A stretch of 64,000 nucleotides of DNA. Source: an uncultured candidate division Zixibacteria bacterium. GTDB taxonomy: Bacteria > Zixibacteria > MSB-5A5 > GN15 > FEB-12. Below are positions 1 to 12,944 of this stretch, in pieces. The notes under the pieces were generated by a model. The model was not told the DNA's origin. It saw only the letters and a program-made list of their open reading frames with translations, and did not search any database. The stretch spans positions 512,001 to 576,000 of the forward strand of contig CAVTJJ010000006.1 of assembly GCA_963735035.1 (NCBI GenBank). The letters are read 5' to 3'. Both the position numbers and the translations under genes were made by a program. How positions within the stretch are numbered: position 1 is the stretch's first letter; each line of letters starts with the position of its first letter.

Positions 1-773
<773 letters not shown>

Positions 774-913
774 TAAGGAGTAGGTGTGAGGTCCGTTTTA
801 ACGGATCGAATGCTTAGGTCGAGCGATATGTTGACATACTCATTTTTTGTTTTTCAGCGGGCTATTTGGATATAAATGTGGTCGCGTCAAGGCGACGCTG
901 AGTACCTTCGTAT

Positions 914-990
914 GGGCCTATAGCTCAGTTGGTTAGAGCGCGCGCCTGATAAGCGCGAGGTCATTGGTTCAACTCCAATTAGGCCCACCA
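914..990 (+). tRNA. tRNA-Ile (GAT)
   Basis: GGGCCTA acceptor stem pairing with TAGGCCCA, D arm AGCTCAGTTGGTTAGAGC, anticodon loop CTGATAA, T loop GGTTCAACTCC, encoded CCA. Confidence 0.97.
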
Positions 991-1062
991 TGACGGCGGG
1001 CCTGACAGAGTCTTTCAGTTGGAGATGCCGGCGATCTCGCGATCGAGCGGCAAGCGTAAAGC

Positions 1063-1887
1063 ATGCCCGATGCGAAGTTTGACGCCGGCTCGTACTGGAA
1101 AGAGCGACTTCGACGCAACTTCGACCTCACTGGGGTCGGATTCAGGCGACGAAGCGCTGCCTACAACCGCTGGGTGTATCGAGTTAGATGCGAACACCTC
1201 GACGAATTGTTTAGGCGACGAGGCTGGCCGATCGAAGGAAAAACGGTCCTGGATGTCGGATGCGGCACCGGATTCTTTATCGACCACTGGCTGCAACGAG
1301 GCGCCGGACGGATTACCGGACTGGACGTCACCGAAGTCAGTGTTGAGCGACTGAAGAAACGGTTCCCGAATGTAAAGTTTGTTCTCGCCGATGTCTCTGA
1401 ACCGGGTCTCGAAGTAGACGGAACATTTGATTACGTAAGTATTTTCGATGTTCTGTACCACGTCGTAGACGATAAGAAGTTTGAGCAGGCAGTTGCGAAC
1501 CTGTCGCGACTGTGCCGTCCCGGAAGTCGAGTGATTATCACCGACATGTTCGGCAAGCGCACGGTCGAGGTAGTGAAGCACGTTCGGAATCGGTCGCAAG
1601 GCCGGTACCAGGAGATTTTCTCGAAGAACGGGTTTGAACTGCTTGAGATGAAGCCGTTGTTCTTCACTCTGATGCCCCCCTCCCGGGTGGCGAGTCGTCC
1701 GGTCTATTGGGCCGGGGCTCTGGCGTGGGAAGCGTTGACTTTCCCTGCGCGCTGGGAATGGTTGGGCGGAGTGGTAGGCGGCGGGCTCTATAGGGTCGAT
1801 TCCGGACTACGTCGACTGTTCCACAAGGGACCGTCACATCATGTCGCGGTGTTCGAGTTCAAGGGAACCGGACCAGGCCCGAAATAA
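1063..1887 (+). CDS. Class I SAM-dependent methyltransferase located inside the 16S-23S ITS
   Basis: Uninterrupted 274-aa ORF with motif I VLDVGCGTG, post-I GLDVTE, motif II ADV...GTFDYV, DVLYH and motif III LCRPGSRVII. Confidence 0.9.
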   Translation: MPDAKFDAGSYWKERLRRNFDLTGVGFRRRSAAYNRWVYRVRCEHLDELFRRRGWPIEGKTVLDVGCGTGFFIDHWLQRGAGRITGLDVTEVSVERLKKRFPNVKFVLADVSEPGLEVDGTFDYVSIFDVLYHVVDDKKFEQAVANLSRLCRPGSRVIITDMFGKRTVEVVKHVRNRSQGRYQEIFSKNGFELLEMKPLFFTLMPPSRVASRPVYWAGALAWEALTFPARWEWLGGVVGGGLYRVDSGLRRLFHKGPSHHVAVFEFKGTGPGPK

Positions 1888-1919
1888 TTGGAGTGGTACG
1901 GCAGATCGACTCGTTAACT

Positions 1920-1995
1920 GGGGATGTAGCTCAGTTGGGAGAGCGGTGGCTTTGCAAGCCACAGGTCACCGGTTCGATCCCGGTCATCTCCACCA
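1920..1995 (+). tRNA. tRNA-Ala (TGC)
   Basis: GGGGATG acceptor stem with the G3:U70 pair, anticodon loop TTTGCAA, T loop GGTTCGATCCC, encoded CCA. Confidence 0.97.
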
Positions 1996-2026
1996 TAGTA
2001 AAGAAAAACCTTCGGGTTTTTATATA

Positions 2027-2058
2027 GACCGCCTCGGCGGTCGCAGGCTCTTTGACAA
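2027..2058 (+). promoter_or_regulatory. rrn spacer antitermination signal (boxB-like hairpin plus boxA)
   Basis: Hairpin GACCGC-CTCG-GCGGTC followed by GCTCTTTGACAA, which resembles boxA TGCTCTTTAACA, just upstream of 23S. Confidence 0.65.
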
Positions 2059-2153
2059 CTTCATAGTTTTTTGGGTAAGCAAGCAATTGGTATCTTCCAA
2101 TTGGTTGCGCAGTGTTCAAAGAGCAAATAATGGGATGCTCTCAGGTAGATTTC

Positions 2154-5158
<3,005 letters not shown>

Positions 5159-5304
5159 TAAAAATATCTACACTGAATGCGTCCCCATTATTCAATGGAC
5201 TCGGCGCAACCAATTGGGCGATGCTAACGCTCTTGTAGGTCGGAACCTTCATGGTTTCAACTCACGGGAAAGCAAGCCTATCCAAAAAACTATGTCATTG
5301 AGTT

Positions 5305-5396
<92 letters not shown>

Positions 5397-5422
<26 letters not shown>

Positions 5423-5465
5423 TTAAATAAGAAGGCCCCCTCCAGCAATGGAGGGGGCTTTTTTT
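5397..5465 (+). repeat. Direct repeat copy 1 (5S 3' end plus terminator)
   Basis: TGTGGGAGAGTAGCAAGCCGCCGG...AAATAAGAAGGCCCCCTCCAGCAATGGAGGGGG is nearly identical to 6273-6339. Confidence 0.95.
5434..5465 (+). terminator. Rho-independent terminator of the rrn operon
   Basis: GCCCCCTCCA-GCAA-TGGAGGGGGC followed by a T run. Confidence 0.9.
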
Positions 5466-5538
5466 GTGTTCGGAGTTCGGGCTGCGATACCCGGCTGATT
5501 CAATATTGCATTTGAGCCGTTACAGTCTATCTTTAGGG

Positions 5539-5874
5539 ATGACACCCATCACCGATGCGCTGCTAAAGAGCTTGGCCGACACAATTGTACAGACAGCCGA
5601 CCCGGACTATGTCTATCTTTTCGGCTCGTACGCCCGTGGCGACGCCAAGCTGGATTCCGACCTGGATATACTTGTGATTGTTGACAAGCCGTTTGGTCCG
5701 AACCGGAGCCGCTTGGCCGAAATTAACAAAATCCGCAGCCGTTTGACCAAGTTCCGGATTGCGAAGGACGTGCTGGTTTACAGCGCCGATGAACTTCGCG
5801 AATGGAAAGACTCACGCAACCATGTCATCGGTCGATGCGTGCGGGAGGGACGGTTGCTGTATGCCCGAGCGTAG
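5539..5874 (+). CDS. Minimal nucleotidyltransferase (MNT) antitoxin
   Basis: LFGSYARGDAKLDSDLDILV (GS-x10-DxD motif), about 111 aa, overlapping the downstream HEPN gene. Confidence 0.9.
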   Translation: MTPITDALLKSLADTIVQTADPDYVYLFGSYARGDAKLDSDLDILVIVDKPFGPNRSRLAEINKIRSRLTKFRIAKDVLVYSADELREWKDSRNHVIGRCVREGRLLYARA

Positions 5875-6253
5875 GCTGGCACAGGAGCTACTGACTGTCG
5901 CGAAAACCGATCTCCGGGCAACATCAGCCATGCAAGACGGATTGGTATTTCCTGACGAGATATTCGGATTTCATGCGCAGCAGGCGGTCGAAAAGGCGCT
6001 GAAAGCATGGTTAAGTCTGTTGGATTTGGAGTATCGACGCGTACATGATCTGGACGAGTTATTTGAATTGATAGCCGAAACCGGTAATCCGATCAATGCG
6101 TCGTTTCGCACTCTGGCTGAGCTCACACCCTTTGCGGTTCAATTTCGATATGACACGTCGGCCCTGTCTCAGGGCGAATTGAATCGCGCCGACCTTGTGT
6201 TGCGGATAACTGGTTTGATTGATCATGTCGAGACTCTCCTGAATCGCGGGTAA
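5861..6253 (+). CDS. HEPN domain protein (partner in an MNT-HEPN module)
   Basis: FHAQQAVEKALKA, RVHDL and FRY motifs typical of small HEPN proteins; start overlaps the MNT 3' end. Confidence 0.9.
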   Translation: MPERRLAQELLTVAKTDLRATSAMQDGLVFPDEIFGFHAQQAVEKALKAWLSLLDLEYRRVHDLDELFELIAETGNPINASFRTLAELTPFAVQFRYDTSALSQGELNRADLVLRITGLIDHVETLLNRG

Positions 6254-6272
6254 TCGTCTGCGAACGCTGCGC

Positions 6273-6339
6273 TGTGGGAGAGTAGCAAGCCGCCGGTCTA
6301 AATAAGAAGGCCCCCTCCAGCAATGGAGGGGGTTTTTTT
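6273..6339 (+). repeat. Direct repeat copy 2 (5S 3' end fragment plus terminator)
   Basis: Near-identical copy of 5397-5465; also provides a terminator for the TA operon. Confidence 0.95.
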
Positions 6340-6377
6340 GTCTTATGCAGCTGTAAGTCACAACCGATACTCGGAGT

Positions 6378-7124
6378 ATGGAATCTCCGCGAACAAGAAG
6401 AAAGTGGCACGGGCTATCCTGCGTTATTGTCTTCTCGTTCTACTTTCTCCAGAATCTGCTTGGACCGGCTCTTCAAGCAAAGAGCGTTGAGCTATCGGCT
6501 ATTCTCTGGATTCTGTCAGTTCTTGGGCTTACGGTTTGTTTTGTCTACATGCTTGTGTCGGCCCTCAGGGGCAGACTCAGATTCCGTCTATTGGGATACA
6601 CAGTTGCCGCTTTCCTCGGTTGCAGTCTCGTATATGGTCAATTCTCTACAGGAGCGAGGGCGCGATGTTACCTTCTTCTTAATGAAGTAGATATCGAGAA
6701 ATTACTGAAAGAAGTGTCTAAGGTATCGGCTGATCAATGGGCCGTGGGTGTTATGCAGAAATATCCCTTCATAAGACTGAGTTACTTCGACGTGATGTTT
6801 TCCGATTACAAATCCCTGAGGGCTCCGATGAATCGACTCTGTGTGTATGACATTAAGAAGCACAGCAGATATACTGAGTTGTCCGTATCCGGCTTTTCCA
6901 CGGATCGATCGGAGGAACTCACCTTGCTCTACACAAGTGATAGGGACTGCGTGGGAGTTATAGATCTGGCCACGAGTCATAGTCTTGTAAGTGAAATGTC
7001 TGGCCTCACTGACAATTGGTATTACATCGTACGTCACTACAACTCGCTGCAGGATCGCGTCGTTGTTTGGGGTTGCGATGAACAGCGACTCCCGAGATCA
7101 TCTGCCTCCTATAGATCGTCGTAA
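6378..7124 (+). CDS. Hypothetical membrane protein
   Basis: 248-aa ORF with three N-terminal hydrophobic segments and visibly AT-richer codons; no recognised motif. Confidence 0.55.
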   Translation: MESPRTRRKWHGLSCVIVFSFYFLQNLLGPALQAKSVELSAILWILSVLGLTVCFVYMLVSALRGRLRFRLLGYTVAAFLGCSLVYGQFSTGARARCYLLLNEVDIEKLLKEVSKVSADQWAVGVMQKYPFIRLSYFDVMFSDYKSLRAPMNRLCVYDIKKHSRYTELSVSGFSTDRSEELTLLYTSDRDCVGVIDLATSHSLVSEMSGLTDNWYYIVRHYNSLQDRVVVWGCDEQRLPRSSASYRSS

Positions 7125-7140
7125 GAACGGAGATCGCATT

Positions 7141-7277
7141 CGCGTCGGGTCACACCTCGCTCGTCCGCCGTGGCGCACGAGCTCTGCAAGACCCTACGCA
7201 ACAACCGGGTTGCCCGGTGCCCCGCTCGCGGCGTGCTTCGCACGCCACTCGTGAACCCGACCTACCTGGACCTACCT
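7141..7277. repeat. REP-like palindromic cluster
   Basis: Imperfect hairpins ending in CCTAC (GTAGG on the minus strand), like the intergenic clusters at 13.5 kb and 62.5 kb. Confidence 0.4.
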
Positions 7278-7531
7278 GCAATTCGGGAGCGGCAGGGGGG
7301 GAGCCCCCTATTCAAATAGAAGGCCCTACCGCTGAATGCCCCGGTCGACTCCACAACGGGAAGCCGGTCCGTAATTTCCCTGTCTCAGATGGGCGCCGGG
7401 CACTATATTGTGGATAGATTAGGAGTCTCTCTCCGCCACCGCGCCCGTTTTCAACCTGATTCAATCTCAGGTCGCGACCCGGTCAGAGAAATTGCGGTTT
7501 GAAGTTGTTCAACAGCGAGAAGGGGTACGAA

Positions 7532-8960
7532 ATGACACGTTGTCGCTGGTATCTTAGCGGACGCGGTATCGTGCTCGCCGTGGTCGTGTTGCTGGCGGGC
7601 TGCTCATCGGACGATGACTCCAGCAAATCCCCGACCGGCCCCAAAGCGGTCGTGGCCGACTTCTACGTCAGTGTGGCGAGCGGCCAGGACAGCAACCCCG
7701 GCACCAAAACAGCACCGTTCAAAACCATTCAACGGGCGATCGATACGGTCAAGCTGGCCGGCGGGACCGTATTCGTCGCAGAGGGCCTTTACACCGAAAG
7801 CCTGGTGCTTGACGACAATGTGAAGTTGTACGGTGGCTACAAGGACGGCACGTTCGTGCGTGACCTCGCCAACGTCATTACCGTGATATACGGAACCGCC
7901 ACCGTCGTGAAAATAGTCGATGCTGACTCGATAACCATCGACGGGTTCACGATCAACTGTGCCCCCGATCCAGCTCCGGGGGGAAGCGCAATTGCCATCA
8001 GCCTGCACAACGCCGTCGCTGTCACCGTCAACGGAAATTCGATCACGGCTCTCGGCTCCACGCCGGGTTCTAATGGCTACCAACCCGAACCGCCGGTGGA
8101 ACCACCAGAGTTCCATCCGGACGGCGCTCCCGGAGGTGACGCCACGAGTGACGGCTGCATCCTCGGCGACTGCACTCCCACTGATGGCGGTCACGGAGGA
8201 TCGTCGTCAAGAGAGTGTGCTTATGGCGGTGTTGGCGGTGACGGCTGCGCTGCCTAGTTGCGGGAACGGTCGTGACGGATATTGTTTGGGTGCAGGACTT
8301 GGAGGTGCCGGCAAAGGATTTTTCGGAGGTGCCGGCGAGAACGGCTCCGACGGAGGATATGGTGGTCCGGTTGGGACAGACGGACTTGGCGGGTCGGCCC
8401 TCGTTCTAATAAACGCCGGAGCCTATGTTCCAGTCGCTGGGGACAGTGGGACGACAGGAGCTATTGGCGGCGGTGGTGGTGGTGGCGGCGGCGGTGGTGG
8501 CATCCTTGCGAAAGGCGCCAGCGGCGGCGGTGGTGGAGCGGCGGCCTTGGGAGGCCTGGGCGGCACCGGTGGCGGAGGCGGTGGAGCCTCGATTGCGATC
8601 CTGCTTTCCGGAGAATCTCAGGCCACCGTCACGAATAACGCAATTTCGACCGGCCGTGGCGGCACCGGAGGCAGCGGGGGACTCGGAGGAGAACCAGGTG
8701 AGCCAGGATTGGGCGGGCCAGGCGGAGCCGGGAATGGCTGGGGTTCGGCCGGAGGCGACGGCGGCAACGGCGGACCGGGCCAGGTCGGCGGTAACGGGGG
8801 TGGCGGAGCCGGCGGGCCGTCGATCTGCATCTGCGAATCGGCCGAAAGCAGTGCGACGCTCTCCGCAAATACGTGCACTCACGGATCCGGCGGATCTGGC
8901 GGCGGCGGCTCGGGGAATGCGGGCGCGGACGGCGAAGCGGTGGATTACAAGAAGCTGTAA
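7532..8960 (+). CDS. Lipoprotein with DUF1565-like beta-helix domain and glycine-rich PGRS-like C-terminus; frameshifted near 8245
   Basis: Lipobox LLAGC; YVSVASGQDSNPGTKTAPFKTIQRAI motif; glycine-rich sequence continues in the +1 frame after TAG at 8255. Confidence 0.7.
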
Positions 8961-9062
8961 AGTCCGGTGCCACACCGCTTGCAGTGGGTTGAGATTCGTG
9001 CTGCGGGCGGCAGAGATTGAGTGGCGGCTTTGAAGCAAAACCGTCATACGCTCTGCCAACTG

Positions 9063-10142
9063 TCAGGACCCGCCTCCAGCGAGATATAACGGGATTATGA
9101 TTGGTAGAAACGTTGCGAATCCCACGAGCGCCAGTCCCTTGTGCCAAAACGGCCTGTTGTTGCGGCGTTCGATAGTGTTCGAATTTCCCCAACCGCCCAT
9201 ATAAACATATATCCCAAATCCTCGTGTGTAGTCACCGCTATATACGGAATACATAGTACCGACTTTCATCGATGCGCCAGACATGATCAGAAATGTCGCG
9301 TCGGCCCGACGAGAGATTCCGGCTGCGTTGTTGTAGGTGTATCTAAAACCTTCAAAGGGTCCGTCAAGGCGTATTCCCAGCTCAACTCCAGTTCCCTTCT
9401 TGAACAGTTTGACTGGATCTTCATACCCCTTGATATGTGAGTAAATAAGCGCTGAAGAGACAACAGGTAGCCATCGATCCCTGCCCCAGAGTGCCAACTC
9501 GCCCCCAAATCGCACGGAGTTGAGGACGTATCTTGGGGAATGGTTGATTGCGTATCCGAGGAAAAGTCCAAGTCTCTTCTGCCGATAATCGAACTGATCC
9601 TCGAGATGAAATACTATCCCGTGGGCTTCCGAATGGACGGGGGATGGGAAACCGGACTTTGTGAACCAACCCGACCCTATGGTTCCCTGTCGTCCAACGA
9701 CCTTGTTAGGTTCGAAAGATAGCCCCCCAATTGTTGTGCCAACACTATCTGTCGGCTCATTCTTGTCTTGCGACTGATAGAAGCACAAGGAGTACGACTC
9801 TGGATATTGAAAAACTGGCTCCGGCCAGAGCAATTGCCCACGCCACCCAGACTGGGTGGGCTGCCCGGTAGATTTCGAGATGATAGGACTGAGAAGCACC
9901 GCCAATGACTTAGAATCTGTGGAGAATGTTTCGCCGGGACTCGTAAAGTCTAGTCGCATTTTGACTGAATCACATGGAACGTCTTTGACAAAGAGTTCGT
10001 AGTCAATTCTCAGGGTTCTGCCGTCAAGCGATGCTTTGGCCCGGCCTCGCAATAGTTCGACATACAATGGGTTTGTTAGTCCCGTCGATGCGAAAAAGAG
10101 ACTTAGAATGAAGATCACTGAAGCTACAAGTCGTGTCAGCAT
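9063..10142 (-). CDS. Hypothetical exported protein (possible beta-rich outer membrane C-terminal half)
   Basis: Signal-peptide-like MLTRLVASVIFILSLFFA with GGAG SD; long ORF with AT-richer codons. Confidence 0.6.
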   Translation of the reverse strand: MLTRLVASVIFILSLFFASTGLTNPLYVELLRGRAKASLDGRTLRIDYELFVKDVPCDSVKMRLDFTSPGETFSTDSKSLAVLLSPIISKSTGQPTQSGWRGQLLWPEPVFQYPESYSLCFYQSQDKNEPTDSVGTTIGGLSFEPNKVVGRQGTIGSGWFTKSGFPSPVHSEAHGIVFHLEDQFDYRQKRLGLFLGYAINHSPRYVLNSVRFGGELALWGRDRWLPVVSSALIYSHIKGYEDPVKLFKKGTGVELGIRLDGPFEGFRYTYNNAAGISRRADATFLIMSGASMKVGTMYSVYSGDYTRGFGIYVYMGGWGNSNTIERRNNRPFWHKGLALVGFATFLPIIIPLYLAGGGS

Positions 10143-10320
10143 AGTTGCTCCCTGGTTACTCGCGCAATCTGACAAAACATAGTTCGGCGAGCTTGCCGCT
10201 GTCAACAAGCGAGTAGAGGATGCCACGCTACCCTGGTGGCCTGCCCTTTAGTGAAACTATCTCTGTACGGCAACGGCGGAACCCTGTCGATTGAAAAGAC
10301 GACAACCCTTGGGTGCCCCC

Positions 10321-11352
10321 CTAAGTTCACAAACGAAGTGCAACACCTGTTAAAGGTGTTGTCATGGAACGAACATATGCACAGATCAGTCTTGGAGAGC
10401 GGTGTGAGATGGCCCGCTTATGTGGCTCGGGGCGCTCGATTCGGCAAATTGCGGCAGCTTTGGATCGCGCGCCATCGTCCATTGCTCGGGAGATAACGCG
10501 AAATCGCAGCCGACAAAGCGGTTACCTGCCCGCCTATGCCAACGACCAGAGCCGTGCCCGGCGTTGGACCGGCTCCAAATTGGATCGCCGTCCAGAACTG
10601 CGCGACATGGTAGTGATGGGACTAGCTAATGGTTTGTCTCCGGAGTTGGTCGCGGGAAGGCTGGCCGTGGAGATGGGCCGGAAGGTGATTTCCTACGAAA
10701 CGATCTACCGGTTTATCTACGCGCAGATCGCCCGTACTAAGGATTACACTTGGCGGTACTTACTGATCCGTGGCCGAGCCAGACGTAGCTGGCGAGGGTG
10801 CAAGAGAGGTCGGTCGACGTCGTCTATAGCCCTGCGGTGCCCTATCTCCGCGCGGCCGAAGAGCGCCAAGAGCCGGAAAACACCAGGACACTGGGAAGGT
10901 GATCTCATGAACTTCCGAATACCCGATCAGAGCGTCCTTGTCCTTCATGAGCGGCGCTCACGCCTGATGATGGGGGTTAAGCTGCCGGCCAAAGATGCCG
11001 CCTCGGTTGCTAAGGCCATGTGCACTCTCCTGGCACCCTTGCCGCACGCCTGGCGACAAACCATCACCTTCGATAACGGCCCCGAGTTCGGCCAACACTA
11101 CCAACTCCATGACCATGGTATCGAGACCTACTTCTGTAACACCTACTCACCATGGCAGAAAGGTGGCGTTGAAAATGGAATCGGTCGCCTCCGACGAGTA
11201 CTCCCTCGGTCAACCGACTTGACCAAACTCTCGCCGAGACGGTTCGCAGACTTCTTTCAAATCTACAATAACACGCCTCGAAAATGCCTGGACTTCCTCA
11301 CTCCAGCAGAGTTCTTTTGGCGCGAACTGTTGCACTTCAAATGTGAATCCAG
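10321..11352 (+). mobile_element. IS30 family insertion sequence (ends approximate)
   Basis: Imperfect terminal inverted repeats CTAAGTTCACAAACGAAGTGCAACA and TGTTGCACTTCAAATGTGAATCCAG (19/25 by eye) flank a transposase. Confidence 0.88.
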
Positions 11353-11362
11353 CCCCGGCTAA
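10364..11362 (+). CDS. IS30 family transposase
   Basis: N-terminal HTH SIRQIAAALDRAPSSIAREITRN; ISYETIYRFIY, GHWEGD, TITFDNGPEF, PWQKGGVEN and NTPRKCL motifs. Confidence 0.96.
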   Translation: MERTYAQISLGERCEMARLCGSGRSIRQIAAALDRAPSSIAREITRNRSRQSGYLPAYANDQSRARRWTGSKLDRRPELRDMVVMGLANGLSPELVAGRLAVEMGRKVISYETIYRFIYAQIARTKDYTWRYLLIRGRARRSWRGCKRGRSTSSIALRCPISARPKSAKSRKTPGHWEGDLMNFRIPDQSVLVLHERRSRLMMGVKLPAKDAASVAKAMCTLLAPLPHAWRQTITFDNGPEFGQHYQLHDHGIETYFCNTYSPWQKGGVENGIGRLRRVLPRSTDLTKLSPRRFADFFQIYNNTPRKCLDFLTPAEFFWRELLHFKCESSPG

Positions 11363-11421
11363 ACCGGGGCAAGACAGACAGAGGACCGGGGCAAGACAGA
11401 TAGAGGACCGGGGCAAGACAG
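11363..11421 (+). repeat. Tandem 22-bp repeat (about 2.7 copies) of a REP right arm
   Basis: ACCGGGGCAAGACAGA(C/T)AGAGG twice, plus ACCGGGGCAAGACAG. Confidence 0.9.
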
Positions 11422-11571
11422 TATGAGTGGCGTTCACCAGACCGAGAATTGTCTTGACCCCAGCGCGTACGAAAGCATTCTTTCAAAATGCATGAATCGC
11501 GCTCAGGCTGTGCGGCCTGTCTTCCGGCAGTCAAACTAGATCAATTGCAAAGCGAACACTGAGGGTCCCCG

Positions 11572-12537
11572 ATGCGTTCATTTCATCTCGCCCGACGAGG
11601 ACTGGTCAACTACATCACGCGGCGCCCGTTCTGCGTTTCCTTCGAGATCACGCGGAACTGCAACGCCCGATGCAAACACTGCCATCTCGGGCCTCCCCTA
11701 TCAGAACACCAGATTACGCCGGACCAGATCGGAAGGATATGCCGGGAACTTCGACCCGTGCTCGCACAGGTGTCCGGTGGTGAGCCGCTCCTGCACAAAG
11801 ATGTCGAGGATATCATCCGCGCGATCCGCAATCCGGGCCATGACCCGCTCATCTTCGTGACCACCAACGGGTCACTGCTCACGCCGGAACGATTTCGTCG
11901 GCTGGTGGAAGCCGGAGTCGATGAGTATTCACTCTCGCTGGACTACCCGGATGAACGACACGACGATTTCCGGAAAATTCCGGGTCTGTTTCAGCGCATC
12001 AAACGACTCATAGAATCTCTCGACAAAGAAGAACTCAAGAGAATCACTCTGGCATGTGTGGTGCAAAGCGACAATTTTCGTGATTTGCCGAAAATAGCCG
12101 AACTCGCCCGGACCTGGGGTGTCAGGGTGAACTTCTCAGGCTACACCCGCCTTCGCACCCAAAACACAGACTATTTGATCGAAGGCGATAAGCTGGATGA
12201 ATTCAGGGTGATCGTCGAAGACTTGCGGGCGTTCAGACGTCGGCATAACACGATTCGAACTTCGGACTACGTGTTTGACAATATGATCAAGTTCTTTCGG
12301 GAGGGAAGAATCAGGAATTGTCGAGCCGGAGAACGACTTCTCGTGGTCAATCCCGACGGGACGCTGTCGCCGTGCGGATTGTTGGTTCGCGATTATCCTA
12401 CGCTGGACGCAATCCAGCGCGAGTTTACTACCAGCAATGGCTGCGATTTGTGTTACACCAGCAGCCGGGCCAACTCGGAGCGCCCGGTATGGTATCTCGT
12501 GAAAGATAACCTGAGCCAGGTGTTCGGGGGACGATAG
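11572..12537 (+). CDS. Radical SAM protein with SPASM/twitch-like domain
   Basis: CNARCKHC, SGGEPLL and TTNG motifs; C-terminal CRAG...NPDGTLSPC...CDLCY. Confidence 0.9.
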   Translation: MRSFHLARRGLVNYITRRPFCVSFEITRNCNARCKHCHLGPPLSEHQITPDQIGRICRELRPVLAQVSGGEPLLHKDVEDIIRAIRNPGHDPLIFVTTNGSLLTPERFRRLVEAGVDEYSLSLDYPDERHDDFRKIPGLFQRIKRLIESLDKEELKRITLACVVQSDNFRDLPKIAELARTWGVRVNFSGYTRLRTQNTDYLIEGDKLDEFRVIVEDLRAFRRRHNTIRTSDYVFDNMIKFFREGRIRNCRAGERLLVVNPDGTLSPCGLLVRDYPTLDAIQREFTTSNGCDLCYTSSRANSERPVWYLVKDNLSQVFGGR

Positions 12538-12565
12538 CGATCATATCTTCCGCGCCGAACGTTCT

Positions 12566-12781
12566 GGGTGGCCCACCCTATGGGTGGGATTCTCTCTGTG
12601 CGGCAGGGGTAGAACCCTGCCGATCAAAATACACCAGAAAGTCGGCAGATGTGGGCATCTGCCGGGCACGTTTTCAATTCCCCTGGGTGCCCCGGCTGAA
12701 CCGGGGCAAGACGAAACTGGACAACCCTTGGGTGCCCCGGTCAAGCCTGGGCTATACAGAGATAGTGCCGGGGCAAGACAT
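12566..12781. repeat. Composite REP-like palindrome cluster
   Basis: CCCACCCTATGGGTGGG, CGGCAGATGTGGGCATCTGCCG and TGCCCCGGCTGAACCGGGGCA hairpins recur at 10.3/11.4 kb, 13.6 kb and 62.7-63.1 kb. Confidence 0.8.
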
Positions 12782-12944
12782 CGAGGGGTGCAGAGAATAT
12801 CGTGCCCAATTTTGTCCTCAAAGTCCTTGCGCTCTGTTCCGGCTTTCGTGTAGCTTTGGGTAGATTATGGAATCGACTCTCGCGGGACAGGGAATGGTCG
12901 TCCCTCGAAGTCGCACATGGTTCAATCACAAAAGGAGAGAGACA

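Noticed and set aside
1015..1599. 194-aa antisense ORF in the ITS
   Set aside because: Shadow of the methyltransferase gene, with no motifs of its own.
11363..11421. Possible CRISPR array
   Set aside because: The segments between repeats are 7 nt and nearly identical, and no cas genes are present; it is a tandem repeat.
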